Shown piece after piece: positions 25,879 through 33,322 of a DNA stretch of 36,907 nucleotides (the first letter of the stretch is position 1; each line of letters opens with the position of its first letter). This DNA comes from Candidatus Pacearchaeota archaeon (GTDB taxonomy: Archaea; Nanobdellota; Nanobdellia; Pacearchaeales; GW2011-AR1), in assembly GCA_002686355.1 (NCBI GenBank), contig NZBV01000018.1, forward strand, positions 1-36,907, read 5' to 3'. The position numbers were made by a program, and so were the translations under genes. The notes below the pieces were generated by a model, which saw only the letters and a program-made list of their open reading frames with translations, had not been told where the DNA came from and did not search any database.

Positions 25879-27414
25879 ATGAAAATTACACTAATTTCAA
25901 CCACGACATATCCCTCTGACCAGGGGATAAGGACAATCTCAGGGGTTCTTAAAGATGCAGGTCATGATGTAAGAATTGTATTTATGACTTTGAGCGAGGA
26001 TTATTCAAGAAACTATAACAAATCAGAATTAGGCCAATTGTTGAAAATCTGCAAGAAAAGCAAATTAATCGGAATAAATTCTTTTGCTTCAACGTCTAAG
26101 CGTGCTGCAAGAATCATCAATTTTTTAAAACAAAAATTAAATGTTCCAATCGTTTATGGGGGGGTTCATGCAACAATTTCTCCAGAAGATGCAATAAAAT
26201 ATTCTGATATTGTTTGTGTTGGCGAAGGTGAAGGAGCAATTCTTGATTTGGCACATGCAATTGAAAAGGGCAAACCCTTAGATAAGATAAAAAATCTTTG
26301 GGTCAGAAAAGGCAATAAAATAGTAAAGAACGATGTTCGCAATTTAATAGATGATGTAGACTCAATTCCCTTCCCAGATTATGACATTCAGAACCATTTT
26401 ATCCTCGATGGAGGCAAGATAAGAAAGTTTCTTGAATACGATTTAGGAGGTATGATTTTTTTTCTTACAGGAAGAGGCTGTCCTTATGGCTGTGATTACT
26501 GTAGCAACGGGCTTTTCAATGAACTATACTGCGGAAAGAGAAAAAAAATACTAAGATGGCATTCTCCAGAATATATCATTAGGGGGATATTATATCTTAA
26601 AAAAAGATTCCCTTCTTTGGGATATTTTGACATAAGAGATGATACTTTTTCTCTCAGACCATTGGAAGACATAAAGAAATTTTGTAAATTATACAAGGAA
26701 AAAGTTAAAATGAGATTCAAATGTCTTGGCGACCCAAAAACAATTACAGACGAAAAAATAAAACTTCTCGTTGATGCTGGTTGTACAGACATTATCATTG
26801 GAATTCAGGGTTCAGAGCGGGTTAATCAGGAGATTTATCATCGGAACCAACAAGACGAGCATGTTATCCAGGCAGCTAAGATTCTTAGCAAGTACAAAAA
26901 TAAACTTGCAATAATGTATGACATCATCACCTGCAACCCCTATGAAAAATCAGAGGACATACTGAACTTAATACGCCTTTTACAAAAAATCCCGCGACCT
27001 TTTTATCTCTCTGTAAATAATCTAGTTTTCTTTACAGGTTCCAAATTATACGAGCGAGCAAAAAGAGACAGTACTGTAAAATCAGAAAAAGATTCTGCAA
27101 TTCAATTGAATTACTGGGATAGGAGTTCACATATCTTGTTAAAAAGAAAAAACATATATCTTGTATTAATCTTGAACCTAATGAGAGGTGTTGCAACTGA
27201 GAATCGTTTTGGTCTGATGCCTAATTTTTTACTTAATCATCTTCTTGAGCCAGAAAGGGTGAGGGAAAATCTGCAAAATGAATTCCCCACTTTATTTGTC
27301 CTTAAATTCGTAAAATTGATAGACATTTTTAGAGAAAGAATTGCAAAACCAACATATCGTTCACTTCCATTGAATTTCAGAATCTGGTATGATAGAGCAA
27401 GATATAGGGTTTAA
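25879..27414 (+). CDS. B12-binding-domain radical SAM enzyme (class B) (rSAM-4)
   Basis: 511 aa. Motifs LIGINSFAS, VYGGVHATISPED, VCVGEGEGAI, VDSIPFPDY, TGRGCPYGCDYC. Confidence 0.85.
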   Translation: MKITLISTTTYPSDQGIRTISGVLKDAGHDVRIVFMTLSEDYSRNYNKSELGQLLKICKKSKLIGINSFASTSKRAARIINFLKQKLNVPIVYGGVHATISPEDAIKYSDIVCVGEGEGAILDLAHAIEKGKPLDKIKNLWVRKGNKIVKNDVRNLIDDVDSIPFPDYDIQNHFILDGGKIRKFLEYDLGGMIFFLTGRGCPYGCDYCSNGLFNELYCGKRKKILRWHSPEYIIRGILYLKKRFPSLGYFDIRDDTFSLRPLEDIKKFCKLYKEKVKMRFKCLGDPKTITDEKIKLLVDAGCTDIIIGIQGSERVNQEIYHRNQQDEHVIQAAKILSKYKNKLAIMYDIITCNPYEKSEDILNLIRLLQKIPRPFYLSVNNLVFFTGSKLYERAKRDSTVKSEKDSAIQLNYWDRSSHILLKRKNIYLVLILNLMRGVATENRFGLMPNFLLNHLLEPERVRENLQNEFPTLFVLKFVKLIDIFRERIAKPTYRSLPLNFRIWYDRARYRV

Positions 27415-27662
27415 TTTAATTCTTCCTCAATCTCTCTATGTTTCTCAAAATCATAATCTTGTCCAAGTTTTTCTTTTAGAAAATTTTCATAAGTGTGTAT
27501 CATTGCTAACACAACTTTCTTTTCATTGTCATTTAAATCACACATGCACGCCCCACATTTAGGACACTCAAAATCCCCACACTTTTCACATTCTTTATCA
27601 TCGTCAGATTTTCCAAACCATTCAAAACATTTAAAGCACTTGATTTTTTTCGGACTACACAT
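27411..27662 (-). CDS. Small Cys-rich (multi-CxxC, zinc-ribbon-like) protein of unknown function
   Basis: 83 aa with 9 Cys in the first 41 residues (CfkC, CekC, CpkCgaCmC), then an acidic helical tail. Its ATG overlaps the 3' end of the QueC-like gene by 8 nt. A coding call for so short an ORF is tentative. Confidence 0.45.
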   Translation of the reverse strand: MCSPKKIKCFKCFEWFGKSDDDKECEKCGDFECPKCGACMCDLNDNEKKVVLAMIHTYENFLKEKLGQDYDFEKHREIEEELN

Positions 27663-28365
27663 TTTTGTAAATTGTTGGATCTTTTATTTCTGAAAATTTA
27701 AATGCTTTTTTTCTTGCCTTGCAACTTCCACAAATCCCGCAGTGAATTGGGATTTTATTTTCATCAAAACCTCTCCCAACATAACAACTATAAGTTTTTT
27801 CCAGCCCAACTTCTAACTCTTTTGCCAGTTCAATCACTTCTTCTTTTTCTTTTTCCAAAAAAGGCGCAACAAATTTTAAGTTCCCTTCTTGCGTGCAGAA
27901 ATTCACCAACTTATTCATTTCACCGACAAATTCAGGAGTGGTATCCTTGAACTGAAGTTCTCCCTCATATTTTATTCCAATATAAACACCATATTTTTCT
28001 TTTTTAGAAATAAACTCTGATTCTGCAATTGCCAAACCCATTAACAAAAAAAGAGCATTCCTGCAAGGCACATACCATGAAATTATTTCATCTTCTTTCT
28101 CTATTCCTTTTAATTTTTCTTCATCTATTTTTTTATTTATCAAAGAAGTACTAATCTTTCCAAGCCATTTAGCATCAATGATTTTCAATTCAGCTCCAAG
28201 CTCTTTTACTGTGTTTTCAACACAAAATTTTTCTTCTTCAAATGATTGCTGTCCATAATCAATAAAAACCAGCAAAAGATTATCAAGTTTCTCTTTCTTT
28301 TTCAAATAATGAGCCAGCACAACACTATCCATTCCTCCAGACACAAGAACAACTGCATTCTTCAT
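27655..28365 (-). CDS. queC: QueC-family PP-loop ATPase (7-cyano-7-deazaguanine synthase-like)
   Basis: 236 aa. Motifs VVLVSGGMDSVV (SGGxDS), YVPCRNALFL, C-terminal Zn site SCY...HCGICGSCKARK. The bacterial GYPDCRxxF block is replaced by QFKDTTPEF, so function is inferred at family level only. Confidence 0.65.
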   Translation of the reverse strand: MKNAVVLVSGGMDSVVLAHYLKKKEKLDNLLLVFIDYGQQSFEEEKFCVENTVKELGAELKIIDAKWLGKISTSLINKKIDEEKLKGIEKEDEIISWYVPCRNALFLLMGLAIAESEFISKKEKYGVYIGIKYEGELQFKDTTPEFVGEMNKLVNFCTQEGNLKFVAPFLEKEKEEVIELAKELEVGLEKTYSCYVGRGFDENKIPIHCGICGSCKARKKAFKFSEIKDPTIYKNV

Positions 28366-28425
28366 GAATTATTCCAACCAATCCTATATAAAAAACTTTA
28401 TATAACTCATTATCGCTAATTTTTA
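28366..28425. promoter_or_regulatory. 60-nt divergent promoter region with back-to-back TATA candidates
   Basis: TTTATATA (minus strand, 28385-28392) is centred 23.5 nt from ATG 28365. TTTATATA (plus strand, 28397-28404) is centred 25.5 nt from ATG 28426. Confidence 0.5.
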
Positions 28426-28629
28426 ATGGCACAAAAGAAAGCTTCAGAATTGAAAGAAGGAGATACAATAATTGTCTACGGGGAAAAAGCAGTTGTTAAA
28501 AAAATAGAAACTTCTGGAAAAGGCATCAAGCAAGGAAAAATCAAGTGCAGAATTGAAGCAGAATCTGTAACAGACAAAAAACCAGTGACAATAATCCGGC
28601 TTGCTGACGACTTGATTGAAGCAGCATAA
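28426..28629 (+). CDS. Stand-alone aIF5A N-terminal (SH3/KOW-like) domain mini-protein
   Basis: 67 aa. ASELKEGDTIIVYGEKAVVKKIETSGKGIKQGKIKCRI aligns by eye with the aIF5A block SLKxGxYVxIDGxPCxIVxIS.SKPGKHGxAKARI. There is no C-terminal OB domain. A TATA-like box lies 25.5 nt upstream. Confidence 0.45.
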   Translation: MAQKKASELKEGDTIIVYGEKAVVKKIETSGKGIKQGKIKCRIEAESVTDKKPVTIIRLADDLIEAA

Positions 28630-28630
28630 A

Positions 28631-29512
28631 ATGATTCACATAATAATTACTTCTTATGGAGAACTAGAATCAACTATGAAAACAATAGATTCTTTTCTCA
28701 ATCAAAAAATCAAGGAGCCATATAAAATAACAGTCATAGACCCTTTTCCAGAAATTGAAAAATCATTAAAAAAGAAATATGGAAAGAATGTTGATTTTTT
28801 CTTAGATCCAGGGGAAGGAAAAAGTTATGCTTTAAATTTATTTCTTGAAAAAATTTATTCCCAAAATAAAGATGATATAATAATTTTTACAGACGGCGAT
28901 GTGCATGTTTCTGAGAATACAGTGCAGGAATTTTTAAATTCTTTCAAGGACGAAAAAATCGGATGTGTTACAGGAAAGCCAGTACCACTAGATGAAAAAA
29001 ATAATCTGTTTGGTTTCTGGAGTCATTTGCTTTTTGAAGGAATTCACAGAACAAGAGAAAAACTAAATACCCGAGAAAAATTCTTTGAATGCTCTGGTTA
29101 TCTTTTTGCAATCCGAAATGGTGTTCTCAAGGGATTTCCCCTTGAAGTTTCAGAGGATGGAATCATCCCTTATCTTTTTTGGAAACAAGGTTATAAAACA
29201 AAATACATTCCAAAAGCAGAAGTTTATGTTCTGAATAATTATAATTGGAAAAATTGGAAAAAACAAAAAGTAAGAAATATCAAGGGCCATGAAAATTATA
29301 ATGTTGTTGCTCCTGAAATGCCAAGGACAAAATCTCTTTTTAATGAAATAAAAGAAGGAACATTGTTTGCCTTGAAATATCCAAAAACAATGAAGGAGAG
29401 ATACTGGACATCTTTGTTGTTTCTTGCCCGTTTGAATATTTATCTGAAAGCTTTGTATGACATAAAAATCAAAAAGAAAAAATACGAGGATGGTTGGCGT
29501 GCAGATACTTAA
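28631..29512 (+). CDS. Glycosyltransferase family 2
   Basis: MIHIIITSYGE...TIDSFLNQ (GT-A N-terminus) and IIFTDGDVHV (DxD). ATG 28631 lies 1 nt after the preceding stop. The track start at 28616 is TTG. Confidence 0.8.
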   Translation: MIHIIITSYGELESTMKTIDSFLNQKIKEPYKITVIDPFPEIEKSLKKKYGKNVDFFLDPGEGKSYALNLFLEKIYSQNKDDIIIFTDGDVHVSENTVQEFLNSFKDEKIGCVTGKPVPLDEKNNLFGFWSHLLFEGIHRTREKLNTREKFFECSGYLFAIRNGVLKGFPLEVSEDGIIPYLFWKQGYKTKYIPKAEVYVLNNYNWKNWKKQKVRNIKGHENYNVVAPEMPRTKSLFNEIKEGTLFALKYPKTMKERYWTSLLFLARLNIYLKALYDIKIKKKKYEDGWRADT

Positions 29513-29916
29513 TCTTTAATCTTTCCCAACTCCTCACTCAACTCCTCCAAACTCTCAACAATCTTAACTTGCCCTGCAATCACAGCACTAATATCTGAAA
29601 TAGACTCACTAACTTTTCTGTCTGTTTTCAATCCAATGACTTTCTTACCAAGAGCCTGAAAATAACCTATCTCCCATGCTGTCCCAGCCCCAACACAAAT
29701 CCCGTCTAAAACCCCAATTAAGACATCACACTCGTGCAATTCTTCAACATCCTTCTTAGATATCTCTGGGACATCTTTAATATCCTTAAACAACCCTGCA
29801 TCTCTGTGCGGCAAAAACGTCTCAAACTCAAACTCCTTACACAGTTTATCTAACTTTTCTAAAAATTCCCTGTTTTCCTCAGTGCACAACGGACCAGCAA
29901 GATAAACCTTAACCAT
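29509..29916 (-). CDS. Nucleoside 2-deoxyribosyltransferase family protein
   Basis: VYLAGPL near the N-terminus and DGICVGAGTAWEIGYFQALGKKVIGL (Glu-containing catalytic block). ATG 29916 has a TTTTAAAA box 25.5 nt upstream. The track start at 29925 is TTG. Confidence 0.75.
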   Translation of the reverse strand: MVKVYLAGPLCTEENREFLEKLDKLCKEFEFETFLPHRDAGLFKDIKDVPEISKKDVEELHECDVLIGVLDGICVGAGTAWEIGYFQALGKKVIGLKTDRKVSESISDISAVIAGQVKIVESLEELSEELGKIKD

Positions 29917-29986
29917 AACTTTCAAGAGATTCTTCCATTTTAAAAACTATCACAAAATTTTAATACCCTCTTTTTATGGCTAAAGT
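29917..29986. promoter_or_regulatory. Divergent promoter region (NDT / GT9)
   Basis: TTTTAAAA (29938-29945) is centred 25.5 nt from ATG 29916. TTTTAATA (29958-29965) is centred 25.5 nt from ATG 29987. Confidence 0.5.
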
Positions 29987-31105
29987 ATGGCAAAATGGAA
30001 TTCAAATTGCAGATTCTTCAATGAGAAATATGCTTGCGATACACTTGCTAGTGAGGGCTATGAAAGTTGCGAGGAATGCAAGTTCGCAGCACCATACTCA
30101 AAAAAAATCCTAATCTTAAAATTCGGAGCAATGGGAGATGTCCTGAGAACAACCCCAATCCTCACAGCATTAAGGAAAAAACACGGCGAGGACATCCTTG
30201 TCTACTGGATGACTGCCCAAGATTCTGTAGAACTTCTTGAAAACAATCCTCTAATTGACAAAATCTTTCCTTACAATTTAGAAAACGTCATGAGAATCCA
30301 GCAAGAAAAATTCGACATTTTATACTCTCTTGAAATTGATACACCTTCAACTCTATTAGCAAATGTCGTTAATGCAACTGAAAAATTAGGTTTTTATTTT
30401 GATGATGGAACAACATCTTGTTTTAACAAAGGCGCAGAATCATATCTTCAAACAGCATTTCTTCAACATGTAAAACTAAAAAACAGGAGAACATACCAGG
30501 ATTTAATTTTTGAAGCATGTGAACTTTCTTACAACAAGGAAAAGCCAATTTTTAATTTTTCAAAGAAAGATTTAGAATTTGGAAAAAAGTTTGCAGAAGA
30601 AAACAATCTTTTAAGATCAGACAAAATTATTGGAGTTCATATTGGTTCTTCTGGAAGGTGGGAATCAAAATTTTGGGACAATGAAAAAATAAAGGAGTTA
30701 ATAAGAAAAATCTCTGGAAGAAATAAAATAATAATCTTTGGAGGCCCAAATGAGATTGAAAAACAGAAGGAATTCTTTGAAGCAATGAAAAATGAAGGAA
30801 TTTCTTTAATCAAAAATAATCCAAATAATTCTGAAGGAGAATTTGCAGCAGTGATAAATCTCTGCGACACAATAATTTGCGGGGATAGTCTTTCAATGCA
30901 CATGGCTTCAGCTTTAAATAAAAAAACAATTGCTTTGTTTTTCTCTACCCCTTGTTGGGAAGTTGAAGATTATGATTTAATCAAAAAATTAACCTCTCCG
31001 CTCTTGGAAAAATATTTTTTTATAGGAGATTATGTCCCAGAATTAGCAGATAGTATTTCTGTTGATGAGGTTATAAATCTTTTAGAATCTAATGAAAACA
31101 AATAA
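29987..31105 (+). CDS. Glycosyltransferase family 9 (heptosyltransferase-like) with N-terminal Cys4 extension
   Basis: 372 aa. Motifs ILILKFGAMGDVLRTTPILTAL, IGVHIGSSGRW.K.W, IIFGGPNE, ICGDSLSMHMASAL. The extra N-terminal Cx8Cx10Cx2C lies at 30008-30079. Confidence 0.7.
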   Translation: MAKWNSNCRFFNEKYACDTLASEGYESCEECKFAAPYSKKILILKFGAMGDVLRTTPILTALRKKHGEDILVYWMTAQDSVELLENNPLIDKIFPYNLENVMRIQQEKFDILYSLEIDTPSTLLANVVNATEKLGFYFDDGTTSCFNKGAESYLQTAFLQHVKLKNRRTYQDLIFEACELSYNKEKPIFNFSKKDLEFGKKFAEENNLLRSDKIIGVHIGSSGRWESKFWDNEKIKELIRKISGRNKIIIFGGPNEIEKQKEFFEAMKNEGISLIKNNPNNSEGEFAAVINLCDTIICGDSLSMHMASALNKKTIALFFSTPCWEVEDYDLIKKLTSPLLEKYFFIGDYVPELADSISVDEVINLLESNENK

Positions 31106-31129
31106 AAACTTCTCTCCCAAATTAATTTA

Positions 31130-32749
31130 ATGGAAGAAAAAGAAAATAATGATTTAATTGGTAAGAGAAAAAACACATTAAAAAACTTCTTTTTTGGATG
31201 GGTTGAAGATAATTATGATAAGGCTTTTCTTGGTATTTTGCTTGTTGCACTTATTTTGAGGTTCTTGGTTTTTCTAAAAACAATGGACCAGGCGATTTGG
31301 TGGGATGCTGCAGATTATCTTGCGACTGCAAAGAGGTGGGCTGGCGCCAATCCCCATTTAATTGATATGTGGTATTATCGAAGAGGATTCCTCTGGCCTT
31401 TATTTGGTTCACTCTTTCTAAGGTTTGGTTTGGGAGAAGTTGGAATAAGATTTGCAGTTGTTTTATTGTCAACTGGAATTGTCGCTGTTTCATATCTTCT
31501 TGTTTCAAAAATGTTTGATAAAAAATTAGCACTTTTTACAAGTATTGGAATAACTTTTTCATGGATATACTTGTTTTTCAGCGGACGACCATTAACAAAC
31601 CTTCCTGCGACTTTTTTCCTTTTGACTTCTTTGTTTTTTTTCTGGAAAGGTTATGTTCTCAAGGAGGGAAACAAGTTCATATATCTTTTTGGGGCATTTT
31701 ATGCTTTAGCTTGTCTAACCAGGATGCAGTATGTAACTTTTGCGATTCCACTAATGGCGCTCGTGTTCACAAAAGAAAAATTCCGAGCTTTAGTTAACAA
31801 ACATCTCTGGATTGCTATAGGGATTTTTCTCATAATCTTCACACCCCAGTTTGTTATGCATTATCAACATTTTGGAAATCCTATAACTGATTTAACATAT
31901 TATTATCTTGGAGTTGGTTCTGGAGGAGAAGCAGGAGGTGCTGGAACAGCTCCGCTCTATGTTTATTTTACAAATCTTCCATATATCCTCGACGGAAACA
32001 ATGCAGGTTATAGTTCTCTTTTAACCTTAAGCCCAATATATCTCTTATTTGTGATTGGGTTTTTCATGTTCTTTTTTGAAATGTTCTTAGGTCTTGATAA
32101 AATATTCAAAAACAAAGAAATTCAAAAGAAATTTTTCATTTTTTTCTGGATTGGATTCACATTCTTACTTTTAGCTTATATTGCTCCTCATCTTGAACAG
32201 AGATACATGATGCAGACACTACCTTTTTTGTTTGTTATAGTTGCCCAGCCTTTAATCTTTTTTGAAGAATTCCTTGTTAGAAATTTTAAGATAAAGAAAA
32301 TTTTAAGTGTCGTTTTAATTAGCACAATTTTTATTTTATTGCTTTACCCCAGTTTTGTTTTTGCAAATAACCTCGTAGAACTTAAAAAAACTTCATATAT
32401 CGAGGTAAAACAATCAGGAGAATGGATTAAGGAAAATTCAGACCCTACAGACATAATTATTTCGTCTTCTCTCCCCCAAACAACTTATTATTCAGAAAGA
32501 TCAACATATCCTTTTAATCTCGCATATCGAAGAGATATTGAAAAGAAAAATATAACAGAAACAGGGGAATTTATCCAAACAGAAAAACCGAAGTATATGG
32601 TGATTTCTGTCTATGAACAGCAAATACCTGATTTTGAATACTGGGCTTATACTTATCCTCAGAAAAATAATCATACAGTTATTCCCGTGAAAGTCTACGC
32701 ACAAGGAGAGCAACCTACCCTGATTGTTTATGAATTTAAATATGATTAA
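31130..32749 (+). CDS. GT-C-fold membrane glycosyltransferase (ArnT/PMT, GT39/GT83-like)
   Basis: 539 aa with about 11-13 TM helices, then a soluble C-terminal domain of about 130 aa. The first loop is WWDAADYLATAKRW (acidic pair). The architecture is typical of polyprenyl-phosphate-sugar-dependent transferases. Confidence 0.65.
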   Translation: MEEKENNDLIGKRKNTLKNFFFGWVEDNYDKAFLGILLVALILRFLVFLKTMDQAIWWDAADYLATAKRWAGANPHLIDMWYYRRGFLWPLFGSLFLRFGLGEVGIRFAVVLLSTGIVAVSYLLVSKMFDKKLALFTSIGITFSWIYLFFSGRPLTNLPATFFLLTSLFFFWKGYVLKEGNKFIYLFGAFYALACLTRMQYVTFAIPLMALVFTKEKFRALVNKHLWIAIGIFLIIFTPQFVMHYQHFGNPITDLTYYYLGVGSGGEAGGAGTAPLYVYFTNLPYILDGNNAGYSSLLTLSPIYLLFVIGFFMFFFEMFLGLDKIFKNKEIQKKFFIFFWIGFTFLLLAYIAPHLEQRYMMQTLPFLFVIVAQPLIFFEEFLVRNFKIKKILSVVLISTIFILLLYPSFVFANNLVELKKTSYIEVKQSGEWIKENSDPTDIIISSSLPQTTYYSERSTYPFNLAYRRDIEKKNITETGEFIQTEKPKYMVISVYEQQIPDFEYWAYTYPQKNNHTVIPVKVYAQGEQPTLIVYEFKYD

Positions 32750-33267
32750 TGTTCAAAAACAAATATCTTGCTTACTGTGAAAAAATTAATCTTTTTTTTC
32801 AATTTGAAGTTCTGTTTTAAGATATCAAAAATTTCATAGTGTCTTGTTATGTGTTCTCCTGGGACTTCAGATTTGCCTACAAATTTTCTCATCTTCCTTG
32901 AAACCCAATTCTCACTTGGAACAGAAACTATTAAATCAAAATTCTCATTTAATTTTTCAAATTTAGAAATAATTTTATTTATTTCGTCAAGAGGGATATG
33001 CTCAAAAACATCCAGAACAAATATCTTTGTTGGCGAAAGAGTCCTGTAATCTTCAATGAATGTTTTATCAGGATTATTATCATATCCATAAATTTCATAA
33101 TCTTTTAACTTTTTTTCAAGCCACCCCCCACCACACCCAAAATCAAGAATAACATCTTCTTTCTTCAATTTTGCTAACTTAATTGCCAGCCAGACCTTTG
33201 TCCTAAAATATGTTCGAGTAATCAAGCTTTTACTTTCATAAGTATTTTCAAGTTTATTGTCTTCCAT
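32746..33267 (-). CDS. Class I SAM-dependent methyltransferase
   Basis: 173 aa. VILDFGCGGGWL (motif I), YGYDNN (acidic motif II region), IFVLDVFEHIP. Confidence 0.75.
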   Translation of the reverse strand: MEDNKLENTYESKSLITRTYFRTKVWLAIKLAKLKKEDVILDFGCGGGWLEKKLKDYEIYGYDNNPDKTFIEDYRTLSPTKIFVLDVFEHIPLDEINKIISKFEKLNENFDLIVSVPSENWVSRKMRKFVGKSEVPGEHITRHYEIFDILKQNFKLKKKINFFTVSKIFVFEH

Positions 33268-33288
33268 GTTTAGAAATAATATATGGTG

Positions 33289-33295
33289 TTTTTAA
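33289..33295 (-). promoter_or_regulatory. TATA-box candidate for the methyltransferase gene
   Basis: TTAAAAA (minus strand) centred 25 nt upstream of ATG 33267. Confidence 0.35.
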
Positions 33296-33322
33296 GAATT
33301 GCGGAGTTCTAGAAGAGTTTAG

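Noticed and set aside
27411-29925. The QueC-like protein, Cys-rich mini-protein and NDT-fold protein as an anti-phage defence island (Qat/Dpd/CBASS-accessory-like).
   Set aside because: The characteristic partners are all missing: QatA/B/D ATPase and TatD nuclease, DpdA transglycosylase, a cyclase or effector, and any nuclease, helicase or ATPase. The genes are interspersed with glycosyltransferases and have separate promoters. I kept it only as a caveat under the QueC finding.
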